A stretch of DNA of 64,000 nucleotides from Aquirhabdus sp. (GTDB taxonomy: Bacteria > Pseudomonadota > Gammaproteobacteria > Pseudomonadales > Moraxellaceae). Of this stretch, positions 9,309-17,780 are shown piece after piece (the stretch's first letter is position 1; each line of letters starts with the position of its first letter). Under the pieces are notes generated by a model. It worked only from the letters and a program-made list of their open reading frames with translations. It was not told where the DNA came from and searched no databases. The stretch covers positions 7,330-71,329 of the forward strand of contig JASLHI010000018.1 in the NCBI GenBank assembly GCA_030149815.1, given 5' to 3'. The translations under genes and the position numbers were made by a program.

Positions 9309-9343
9309 AAAAAAGCCATCCTGCAACGTTGATGGCTTTTTTT
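9309..9343 (+). terminator. Rho-independent terminator (probably bidirectional)
   Basis: AAAAAAGCCATC-loop-GATGGCTTTTTTT. Confidence 0.85.
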
Positions 9344-9425
9344 ATGCCGCAAATTCAAGTATTCCTTCCTTGATAATTTGTTCAAAAAGTATAAGTGTAT
9401 CGCATAAAAATTAATCACAATGAAT

Positions 9426-9508
9426 ATGCAATAAAATAGTTGCATTTAATTTTAATAAGCACATAATGCAACCCATAGGTAGCATTATGTGCAATCTCAA
9501 TATTGCAT
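9426..9508. promoter_or_regulatory. Three 20-bp palindromic boxes, probable ArsR-family operators
   Basis: ATGCAATAAAATAGTTGCAT (9426), ATGCAACCCATAGGTAGCAT (9466), GTGCAATCTCAATATTGCAT (9489) upstream of the SRPBCC-arsR pair. Confidence 0.65.
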
Positions 9509-9549
9509 CCATCCTAGCACTTCCAGATAATAGACTCAGGAGTATGGAC

Positions 9550-10017
9550 ATGAACGCATCCACCGACCGCATCGAAAAACAGATCATCCTTAAAGCACCG
9601 CTCAGCCGCGTTTGGCAAGCCCTCACCACTGCAGAGAAATTTGGCGAATGGTTTGGCGTCACTCTGACAGGCAAGACTTTTACAGTCGGCGCACGTATAC
9701 AAGGTGAGAAAGTCAGCTGCTCAGGCGAAAAAAAAGGTCAAGTCTGGGATGCCTTAATCGAACGCATCGATCCAGAGCAGTTTTTTGCCTACCGTTGGCA
9801 TCCTTATAACGCCGATAGCAGCATTGACCTCAGTCATGAACCTCGGACGCTCGTTGAATTTGAACTTGCTGAAGTCACTGGTGGCACGCTGCTACGCGTT
9901 GTCGAATCTGGCTTCGATGCCCTTAGCGTTGCACGTCGAAATGAAGCAATGCCAATGCACACCAATGGCTGGGAACATCAAATGAAAAATATCGAGGCTT
10001 ATCTTGCTCAAGTTTAA
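9550..10017 (+). CDS. SRPBCC/AHSA1 (START-like) domain protein
   Basis: IEKQIILKAPLSRVWQALT...EWFG...FAYRWHP...TLVEFEL...GTLLRVVESGF...GW; AGGAG RBS at 9538 supports ATG 9550. Confidence 0.88.
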   Translation: MNASTDRIEKQIILKAPLSRVWQALTTAEKFGEWFGVTLTGKTFTVGARIQGEKVSCSGEKKGQVWDALIERIDPEQFFAYRWHPYNADSSIDLSHEPRTLVEFELAEVTGGTLLRVVESGFDALSVARRNEAMPMHTNGWEHQMKNIEAYLAQV

Positions 10018-10345
10018 CGCAGATCAAACGACCATTCTGCCCAGCTTCGCACCGCTATTCGCGGCGTTGGGCGACGAAACTCGCCTACGCATTATTGCTG
10101 TACTCTGTGCAGGCGGTGCGATGTCGATTACTCAGCTGACGACAGGGACAGATATCACTCGCCAAGCAGTGACTAAGCATCTTGTCGTCCTCGCCGAAGC
10201 AGGGCTTGTTCACGACATCAAAGTCGGTCGTGAGCGCCTATGGGAATTTGAACCAACTCAGCTCAATGAAGCACGGCGCTTGCTCGCAAGCATCTCTAAA
10301 CAATGGGACGAAGCACTGGAACGACTACGTCATATGGTGGAGTAA
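10004..10345 (+). CDS. ArsR/SmtB family transcriptional regulator
   Basis: FAALGDETRLRII...ITRQAVTKHLVVLAEAGLV...GRER. Confidence 0.9.
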   Translation: MLKFNADQTTILPSFAPLFAALGDETRLRIIAVLCAGGAMSITQLTTGTDITRQAVTKHLVVLAEAGLVHDIKVGRERLWEFEPTQLNEARRLLASISKQWDEALERLRHMVE

Positions 10346-10585
10346 GACATCTCGATCAATTCGCAGGAAATTATTCGTAGCAAACTGTGATTTACATCCA
10401 CAATCTCTGCTCAAACAAATCATTTTTACATGATTTCTTCATATTCAACGGTAAACGCAACATCTTGTTGCACGACACACACGGCTCTCCTATACACAAC
10501 GATCTGATCCGGCGTTATCGTGAATTCACAGTAGCTCGAAGCTTCTTTGCAAAAGCTGCCGCACTTACAAAACTGGAGAAAGATC

Positions 10586-10921
10586 ATGTCAAAATTATCA
10601 ACTAAAGCACTCCTTGCAACTGTATTAACTGGGCTCATTGTGACCACAACCAGCGCAATGGCAGAAACACAATGGCAGCATAACCATCCGCGCCGTGCAG
10701 AAGTCAATCATCGTCTAAACCATCAAGATCAACGCATTCATCGCGAAGTACGCGAAGGCGAAATGAACCGACAACAGGCTCGTCAACTACATAAAGATGA
10801 TCATCAGATTCGTCAAGAAGAACGCGATATGGCTCGCCAAAATGGTGGACATATCACCAAGCAAGAACAGAGAACACTGAACCAACAAGAAAATGCTGTT
10901 AGTCATAAAATTGGACAATAA
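10586..10921 (+). CDS. Secreted His/Gln/Arg-rich hypothetical protein
   Basis: GGAG RBS before ATG 10586; signal peptide ending TTSAMA; helical polar mature region. Confidence 0.75.
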   Translation: MSKLSTKALLATVLTGLIVTTTSAMAETQWQHNHPRRAEVNHRLNHQDQRIHREVREGEMNRQQARQLHKDDHQIRQEERDMARQNGGHITKQEQRTLNQQENAVSHKIGQ

Positions 10922-10925
10922 GTTG

Positions 10926-10965
10926 AAAAAAACGCTACCTAGAGAATCTCTGGTAGCGTTTTTTT
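10926..10965. terminator. Bidirectional terminator between convergent genes
   Basis: AAAAAAACGCTACC...GGTAGCGTTTTTTT. Confidence 0.85.
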
Positions 10966-11003
10966 ATGGACCTGCACCAATTGGGAGTGATTTAATCACA
11001 CGA

Positions 11004-12236
11004 TTAATTAAGCATTAAATGAATTTGCAACTCACCGACTAAGAACCCTAGTGCAGCACCGACCGCAATCAATGACCATTCATCTTCTTTAAATGCAGGA
11101 CGTAACATCCCTTCAAATTCTTCAGGCGTTAATTCTTGCATCCGTTCTACCAGTGTCGTTCGAATATCCATCGCATCTTCAGCATAAGACTCAATAAACT
11201 TCATCGTCGTAGGCAATTGCGCCAAAATACGTTCTGCAACTTGTTCCTTCAAACGAAGGTATTTCTGACCACCAATTGCGTAAACAACTAAAGGTTTAAC
11301 CATGCCCGATTGGGCATCAATCACTTCTTTAACATGGCGATTCACCAGCGCAATCACGCGATCTGAATGCGTCCCAGAAAACAGCTCTGTCATCATGTTG
11401 CCTGAAGTCAGGAGTTGTTTAGAAATCAATGCGGCATAATCAGCTGCGACTTCCTTTTGCCGTTTAATAAATAACCCCTGAAAGGTAAATCCCATAAACT
11501 TCTTAGGTCGCAGCGGTCTAAACATCATTTGTAAAGCGACCCAGTCGCTAAAGAAACCAACAAAACCACCAAAAGCTGGCAACATCCATGGATATTTACC
11601 TAAAGTTGCAACCCAAGACAACATCTGGATTACACCTATTGCAAAACCAAATACAAAACCTGCATTACTGAAAAACTTAAATTCTTGTTTACCAACTTTC
11701 TTAAAAATCTCATTGAGTAATCGTTTGTCTTTTAATAAATTAGATACAACCATGTGCTTAATATCGAAGTACTTCTGAACATCACTTTGTACTTCGGACA
11801 TGATATTTTCAACGATTTCAGGTGCTTTAGCCTGTACGCTACGAATCAAACGCTTGCGTGCAAACTCTGGCATGCCTTCCCATAATCCAGGCTGAAATTC
11901 TTGTGCAACCTCACGAGTAATATCTTCAGCGGCTGCCATCAAAGGTTGTTCAATTTCTTTAGCAATTCGCTTCGGATCTAAACGTGCAAAAATTTCTTCA
12001 GGTTTAATCAGCTTCTGAGTCATGAGTTCAACCGAAATGGTTGCCATTTTTTCAGCTTTACGCGGAACAATACCTTGCCAACCAAAAATAGGTTTAATGC
12101 CCTTAAACTCAAGCGGTGAGAACATCATCTGAATCGCAATGATTTTGGTTATATAACCAATCAATCCACTCATCAATGGAATAGAGAGATAAAGCCAAAG
12201 ATGCGCCGTGAAAAAGGTTACAAACTCTTGGAACAT
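11004..12236 (-). CDS. DUF445 family membrane protein
   Basis: IGYITKIIAIQMMFSP...GWQGIVPRKA; duplicated motif SDWVALQMMFRP; C-terminal LIAVGAALGFLVG. Confidence 0.8.
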   Translation of the reverse strand: MFQEFVTFFTAHLWLYLSIPLMSGLIGYITKIIAIQMMFSPLEFKGIKPIFGWQGIVPRKAEKMATISVELMTQKLIKPEEIFARLDPKRIAKEIEQPLMAAAEDITREVAQEFQPGLWEGMPEFARKRLIRSVQAKAPEIVENIMSEVQSDVQKYFDIKHMVVSNLLKDKRLLNEIFKKVGKQEFKFFSNAGFVFGFAIGVIQMLSWVATLGKYPWMLPAFGGFVGFFSDWVALQMMFRPLRPKKFMGFTFQGLFIKRQKEVAADYAALISKQLLTSGNMMTELFSGTHSDRVIALVNRHVKEVIDAQSGMVKPLVVYAIGGQKYLRLKEQVAERILAQLPTTMKFIESYAEDAMDIRTTLVERMQELTPEEFEGMLRPAFKEDEWSLIAVGAALGFLVGELQIHLMLN

Positions 12237-12628
12237 AGAATAAACCCTTGTTATTACTCACTAACTATGACTTATTATCAAGAATTAGATCATGAGATAT
12301 GAGGTTATTGTTTGTTGGCAATAAATGACGTTAAACGCGTCGTTTCTATTGATTCATGGACTCGAAAATATCCAAAAATATTTTCTCGAATCCTATCCCG
12401 CAACGATAAATTGATGCTGACATAAAATTGGGCAAAAAGCACTTACTCAACCTATCAAAACATGATCAAAGTCACATTTATTTCATTTTTATCTCGATAA
12501 AATTTGAATATCACAAGAGCGTTTAAAAATTACTCAATGATGTATTTAAAATACAGTATTTATAAGGCGATTGATTGCAATCGGAACTCCAAAAATAATC
12601 ACATGAACTGAATAAAACTGATCATCCT

Positions 12629-12642
12629 TTGATCTAGGTCAA
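12629..12642. promoter_or_regulatory. FNR/ANR box (1 mismatch)
   Basis: TTGATCTAGGTCAA versus consensus TTGAT-N4-ATCAA, upstream of the yccA-usp operon. Confidence 0.75.
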
Positions 12643-12709
12643 TTTATGCTGAAATACTTGGCTTAACATGATAAACATGTCGTTAAGATCACCCCTGTTG
12701 GAGACGAAT

Positions 12710-13426
12710 ATGAGGATGTTTCATCACCTATACGATCATCAAGACGATGGTTGGGGTTTTGATATTGACGACGGCTTCCCAGAATATTTATACGCAATTT
12801 ATCGGTATATGACTTTTGGTCTCACACTCAGCGGATTAATTGCATATGTTTGCGCCAATAGCAATGTATATAAACAAGTTGCAACAACGTCATTCGTTCT
12901 ACCCATATTGCTGGTGATTCCGCTCATTTTGGTTATTGTGCTGAGTAATCGAATTGAACAAATGAGTATTCCGATGGCCAAAACCTCATTTTGGCTCTTT
13001 GCAACACTCATCGGATTTTCGTTTGCAGGAATATTTCAAGTTTATCTAGGCGAAAGCATTGCAAAAACGTTCTTTGAAGTTGCAGGGTCTTTTTTTATTT
13101 TGAGTTTAGTGGGTTTTTTTACCAAAAGAAGTCTAACTCGCATGGGCACATTTTTACTACTCAGCCTAGTCAGTATCATTCTGGCTGGATTGGTAAATGT
13201 ATGGTTTGCCTCAACGACCTTAGATCTTTTGATTTCAGCGATCGGAATTCTAATTTTTTCAGCACTCACTGCATTTGATACACAAAAAATTAGCGATCGG
13301 TTTTATGCCATTCATGCGGATTGTGACATCAGAAATCGAGAAGCCATTTTAGGAGCGCTGAATCTCTATCTCGATTTTATTAACATTTTTTTATCACTAC
13401 TCAGGCTGAATGGTTCTAAAAAATAA
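12710..13426 (+). CDS. Bax inhibitor-1/YccA family membrane protein
   Basis: Multiple TM segments, IFSALTAFDTQKI, GALNLYLDFINIFLSLLRL; GGAG RBS before ATG 12710. Confidence 0.9.
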   Translation: MRMFHHLYDHQDDGWGFDIDDGFPEYLYAIYRYMTFGLTLSGLIAYVCANSNVYKQVATTSFVLPILLVIPLILVIVLSNRIEQMSIPMAKTSFWLFATLIGFSFAGIFQVYLGESIAKTFFEVAGSFFILSLVGFFTKRSLTRMGTFLLLSLVSIILAGLVNVWFASTTLDLLISAIGILIFSALTAFDTQKISDRFYAIHADCDIRNREAILGALNLYLDFINIFLSLLRLNGSKK

Positions 13427-13461
13427 GCCTCACTTAAATGTAAATTTTGGAGTTATAAAGC

Positions 13462-13938
13462 ATGTACCAAAATATTTTAGTCGCCATTGATGGCAGTGCG
13501 ACATCGGATTGTGCTTTACGAGAAGCGTTTAAATTTGCTCAAGAAGGCGTCCAAATTACCGTGGTTACTGTGATCGATAATCCTTTGCAAAGTTACAGCA
13601 CACCTAATGTTTTCAACTTTGATGAAGTCCATGCCGCTTTTTACAAGCAAGCTGAAGATATTTTAAAAATTGCAGAAAGCGATGCTGAACGTCTCGGTCA
13701 TATCAAGATTAAGACCTGTTTGGTGGATATGGGATTTCATTCTGGCCACGATGATATTGCACCAGCCATTCTCCGCACAGCAAACGATTATCACGCCGAT
13801 TTGATTGTCATGGGAACACATGGTCGTCATGGAATAAAACGACTGTTTTTAGGCAGTGTTGCAGAACTATTGGTACGAGAAGCGCATTTACCTGTTTTAC
13901 TCGTCCATAGTCCTGACCATGACGTTCATTCTGAATAA
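13462..13938 (+). CDS. Universal stress protein
   Basis: [12 protein letters not shown]...[24 protein letters not shown]. Confidence 0.95.
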   Translation: MYQNILVAIDGSATSDCALREAFKFAQEGVQITVVTVIDNPLQSYSTPNVFNFDEVHAAFYKQAEDILKIAESDAERLGHIKIKTCLVDMGFHSGHDDIAPAILRTANDYHADLIVMGTHGRHGIKRLFLGSVAELLVREAHLPVLLVHSPDHDVHSE

Positions 13939-13958
13939 ATTTAATTTGAGGAATCATC

Positions 13959-14432
13959 ATGTACCAAAAAATTTTAGTCGCCATTGATGGCAGTCCAACT
14001 TCTGATTTAGCATTGCATGAAGCACTCAGAATTGCAAAATCAGGATCCCATTTAAAAGCAGTGACCGTGGTTGTCGATCTTTTAACGGGGTACGGCACAC
14101 CTGCTTTTACTTATAAAAATGACGAAGTTCATCAAGCGTGCATAGAAGAAGCAAAAAAAGTAATCAAGAAAGCAGAAACCGATGCGAAATATCTGGGCGA
14201 TGTTCCGATCGAAACTCAAATCATTGATCTAGGACCTCGTGCAATGCCTGATATTGTTCCTGCAATATTAAAAGCAGCCAAAGATCATCATGCTGACTTG
14301 ATTATCATTGGTAGAAATAGTCGATTTGGATTAAAAGGATTTTTTCTGGGTAGCGTAGCAGGGCGTATTATTCAAGAATCCCATGTTCCCGTGATGGTGA
14401 TTCGTGGTGAACCAAATACATCTCAGACTTAA
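13959..14432 (+). CDS. Universal stress protein
   Basis: MYQKILVAIDGS...ADLIIIGRNSRFGLKGFFLGSVA. Confidence 0.93.
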   Translation: MYQKILVAIDGSPTSDLALHEALRIAKSGSHLKAVTVVVDLLTGYGTPAFTYKNDEVHQACIEEAKKVIKKAETDAKYLGDVPIETQIIDLGPRAMPDIVPAILKAAKDHHADLIIIGRNSRFGLKGFFLGSVAGRIIQESHVPVMVIRGEPNTSQT

Positions 14433-14447
14433 TGATGGAGATTAATC

Positions 14448-14912
14448 ATGTATCAGAATATTCTCGTTGCACTCGATGGTAGCCCAACTGCTCATCAAGC
14501 ACTTCAAGAAGCGCTTAAAATTGCCAACGCGGGTTCTAAAATTATTGCCATATCAGTCGTTGAAAACCCATTAATCGGTTATAGCGCACCTGTCATGCCA
14601 TACGATTTTGCCATCATGCATGATGCATTTGTGCAGCAAAGTAAAAATATTCTGGAGCAAGCCAAGCATGAAGTGCAATCACATGGCAATATCCAAATTG
14701 AAACCCATGTGATCGACCTTAATCCTCATGCAAGCTATGACATTTCATTGGCTATTCTAGATGCCGCCAAAAAATACCATGCTGATCTGATTGTCATGGG
14801 AACACACGGACGACAAGGGATTAAACGCTTTTTCCTAGGCAGCATCGCAGAACAATTGATTCACCAATCCCACTTACCCGTACTCTTGATTCGTGATCAA
14901 TCATCTCATTGA
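14448..14912 (+). CDS. Universal stress protein
   Basis: [12 protein letters not shown]...[24 protein letters not shown]. Confidence 0.95.
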   Translation: MYQNILVALDGSPTAHQALQEALKIANAGSKIIAISVVENPLIGYSAPVMPYDFAIMHDAFVQQSKNILEQAKHEVQSHGNIQIETHVIDLNPHASYDISLAILDAAKKYHADLIVMGTHGRQGIKRFFLGSIAEQLIHQSHLPVLLIRDQSSH

Positions 14913-15011
14913 AAATATAAAACTTAGGAATCATTTGATTAAATTTTTACATTAAGCTTGATAAAACATCTAATATAGATAGCCTCATTTTTATAAAAAT
15001 ATTCTGAGACT

Positions 15012-15743
15012 ATGATGGATATCAAGCATCTCAATATTCATGATTCTAGAACAGTCCACTGTTCAGATTGCGCTTTAAATCCTGTTTGTTTACCACCTGC
15101 TTTAGCTGATCAAGATCTTGATCAGCTCGAAGATATTATTGGTCGTAATCGTTCAATTCCGCGTGGCGAAAAATTATTTCGACAAGGAGGGCACTTCGAA
15201 GATATATACGCAGTGCGATCTGGTGCGATTAAAACTTCCTCAATATCAACCAATGGCGAAGAACAAATCACCGGATTTTATTTGCCGGGTGAAATCGTTG
15301 GGCTTGATAGCATCGGTCATGATTGTTACGAAAGTACCGCCACAGCCTTAGAAACAACTGCAATTTGCGTCATTCCTTTTGATGCGCTTGAAGAACTTTC
15401 TCGACGTCATGCCACATTAAATCACCATTTGTTTAAACTCATGAGTAGCGAAATCCGTAACGATCATCAAATTATGCAAATGGTTGGTAAACGATCCGCA
15501 GAAGAAAGAGTCGCCAATTTACTTCTATCTTTTTCAGCACGTTATAAACGTCGAAATCTCAGTGATCATAATATTCGCTTACCCATGTCCCGTGCAGATA
15601 TCGGCAATCACTTAGGACTTGCCTTAGAAACTGTGAGCCGTATATTTACACGTTTTCAAGAACTTGGAATTATTTTAGTTAATGGCAAAGATATTACTAT
15701 CTTAAATCGCGTTGAACTTTGCGGACTCGCTGATCCTGTTTAA
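15012..15743 (+). CDS. fnr: FNR/ANR oxygen-sensing transcription factor
   Basis: N-terminal CSDCALNPVC plus central AICVIP cysteine (four Fe-S ligands); HTH SRADIGNHLGLALETVSR. Confidence 0.92.
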   Translation: MMDIKHLNIHDSRTVHCSDCALNPVCLPPALADQDLDQLEDIIGRNRSIPRGEKLFRQGGHFEDIYAVRSGAIKTSSISTNGEEQITGFYLPGEIVGLDSIGHDCYESTATALETTAICVIPFDALEELSRRHATLNHHLFKLMSSEIRNDHQIMQMVGKRSAEERVANLLLSFSARYKRRNLSDHNIRLPMSRADIGNHLGLALETVSRIFTRFQELGIILVNGKDITILNRVELCGLADPV

Positions 15744-15786
15744 GCATCAATGTGCTCAAGATAAAAATTATAATTCTGTCGTTCTA

Positions 15787-15800
15787 TTGATCTAGATCAA
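15787..15800. promoter_or_regulatory. Perfect FNR box
   Basis: TTGATCTAGATCAA, 70 bp upstream of ATG 15871. Confidence 0.85.
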
Positions 15801-15870
15801 AGCCTCGTTTTTCTATTTGGTTAAATTGATATCCAGAAACTATCGAAACCAAAATTTTGAGGAAAATAAA

Positions 15871-16146
15871 ATGAATTGCGGACTTGATGAGGCTGTCCTC
15901 GCAGAGATCGCCTGCCATGCAAACACTGACCTAGATCGTGTACGTCGTACCTATCAATCCATCAGTGAAGAATTACACAAAAAAGCCAAAATTCATGACT
16001 TCATTCCACTATTGGCAATGAATCTGGTCAGAGCTCATTTTCGTCAACCTGAATTCAAACCATCATTAAGCGTTTCAATGATCCCTACTCAGATCAAAAA
16101 AAACTTAGATCATCATGATGGATATATACACCATTATGCGCATTAG
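15871..16146 (+). CDS. Small protein, DUF3562/three-helix-bundle-like
   Basis: GAGG RBS; motif LHKKAKIHDFIPLLAMNLVR resembles DUF3562. Confidence 0.55.
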   Translation: MNCGLDEAVLAEIACHANTDLDRVRRTYQSISEELHKKAKIHDFIPLLAMNLVRAHFRQPEFKPSLSVSMIPTQIKKNLDHHDGYIHHYAH

Positions 16147-16219
16147 CCAATGTTTAGCTGGCAAAAATTGATATAGAAATGACATGAATCATTTCATTTT
16201 TAAGAATGAAGATTGAGCT

Positions 16220-17602
16220 TTATTTACCGATACAGAAACTACCAAAAATTTTTCCGAGTAGATCATCTGCGGTAAATTCACCTGTAATTTCACTCAGCGC
16301 ATTTTGGGCAAGGCGTAAAGATTCTGCCATTAACTCACCAGCGCGGTATTCAACTAACTGTACTTTGGCATCATCCAAGCCCTGCAAACAGCGGGATAAC
16401 GCATCGATGTGCCGTGTTCGTGCGATAAAAGTATTTTCTTCAGGTTGATAACCCGCTTGCTGGCTAATCAATTGAACCAACTCATCAATTCCCAACTTCT
16501 GTTTTGCCGATAATGTCACTTGGCGAAAACCATCTTTCTCACTAATTCCAACTGAATGAGTTGATAAATCAGCTTTATTACCAATAAAAATCAAACGTTT
16601 CTTATCTAAATTATGATGTAAATCATCTTCAAAAAACTCTTTGGCTAATGCCAATGGTTCAGAATCCGCAGTCAAATCGTAGACTAAGAGTAGCAAATCC
16701 GCTTGTTCAATCTGGGTATACGCACGGCGAATCCCTTCGATCTCCACCACATCATCCGTTTCACGTAAACCTGCGGTATCGGTTAGGGTGATTGGTAGTC
16801 CATTTAGGGTTATTTTCTCATGCAGCACATCACGTGTCGTGCCTGCAATATGCGTCACAATTGCGCGATCCACACCTGCTAATGCATTAAGTAAACTAGA
16901 TTTACCTGCATTTGGCTTACCTGCGATGACCACCTGTAAACCTTCGCGCAACAACTGACCTTGGCGCGCGGAAGCAAAAACAGCTTTAATTGCCTCAATC
17001 ACTTCTTCAAGTAACGCTAAAATTCGACCGTCGGCTAAAAAATCAATTTCTTCTTCAGGAAAATCAATTGCCGCCTCAACATGCAAACGCAGATGAATCA
17101 ATTGCTCCAAAACCACTTGAATTCGCGTCGAAAACTCACCTTGCAGCGATCGTACCGCTGAACGTGCAGCTTGAGTACTCGCTGCATCAATCAAGTCCGC
17201 AATCGCTTCGGCTTGCACCAAATCCATCTTGCCATTAGCAAATGCCCGCGAAGAAAACTCTCCTGCACCTGCGGCAGTCGCGCCTAAGGCCAATAAACGC
17301 GCCAATAACGCATTTTGCACCACCATCCCACCATGACCCTGCAGCTCAACGACATCTTCGCCTGTAAACGAATTTGGCGCAGGGAAATGCAAAATTAGAC
17401 CTTCATCAATCGTTGCAGCATGTTCATCTAAAAATCGCGCAAATGAGGCTTGTCTGGCTTTAGCAATCGGCTTTCCAGTTAACTGCTCAGTAATCTGTAC
17501 AGCCTTCGTTCCAGACAAGCGAATCACCCCAATTCCACCACGACCCAAAGGCGTTGCAATTGCAGCAATAGTGGTCTGACTTGGACGATTTGACATGATC
17601 AA
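16220..17602 (-). CDS. mnmE: tRNA modification GTPase MnmE
   Basis: TIAAIATP, GKPNAGKSSLLN, AGTTRD, DTAGLR, C-terminal FCIGK. Confidence 0.98.
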   Translation of the reverse strand: MIMSNRPSQTTIAAIATPLGRGGIGVIRLSGTKAVQITEQLTGKPIAKARQASFARFLDEHAATIDEGLILHFPAPNSFTGEDVVELQGHGGMVVQNALLARLLALGATAAGAGEFSSRAFANGKMDLVQAEAIADLIDAASTQAARSAVRSLQGEFSTRIQVVLEQLIHLRLHVEAAIDFPEEEIDFLADGRILALLEEVIEAIKAVFASARQGQLLREGLQVVIAGKPNAGKSSLLNALAGVDRAIVTHIAGTTRDVLHEKITLNGLPITLTDTAGLRETDDVVEIEGIRRAYTQIEQADLLLLVYDLTADSEPLALAKEFFEDDLHHNLDKKRLIFIGNKADLSTHSVGISEKDGFRQVTLSAKQKLGIDELVQLISQQAGYQPEENTFIARTRHIDALSRCLQGLDDAKVQLVEYRAGELMAESLRLAQNALSEITGEFTADDLLGKIFGSFCIGK

Positions 17603-17780
17603 GCTCTCAGGTATGACAAATTAACAATATGGATTAAAAGCAGCTTGCTTATTTCAATAAAAATCCGCTCATCCCGTTTAGCAGCAACAGCCAAACAACA
17701 TGCGCGGATTTCTTTAAATTAAACTTTTGAGTAAACGCACACAAAATACGTTTACCCTTTGAATCATTAACTAACTGATC

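Noticed and set aside
8821..9404. Repeats as a CRISPR array or plasmid iterons
   Set aside because: No regular repeat-spacer period, no cas genes, no rep gene and no 4x22-bp iteron pattern
14958..14972. TTGATAAAACATCTA as an autoregulatory FNR box upstream of fnr
   Set aside because: Wrong spacing plus a mismatch
17661..17758. Hairpins between yidC and mnmE as a riboswitch or ncRNA
   Set aside because: Imperfect stems with no recognisable family motif
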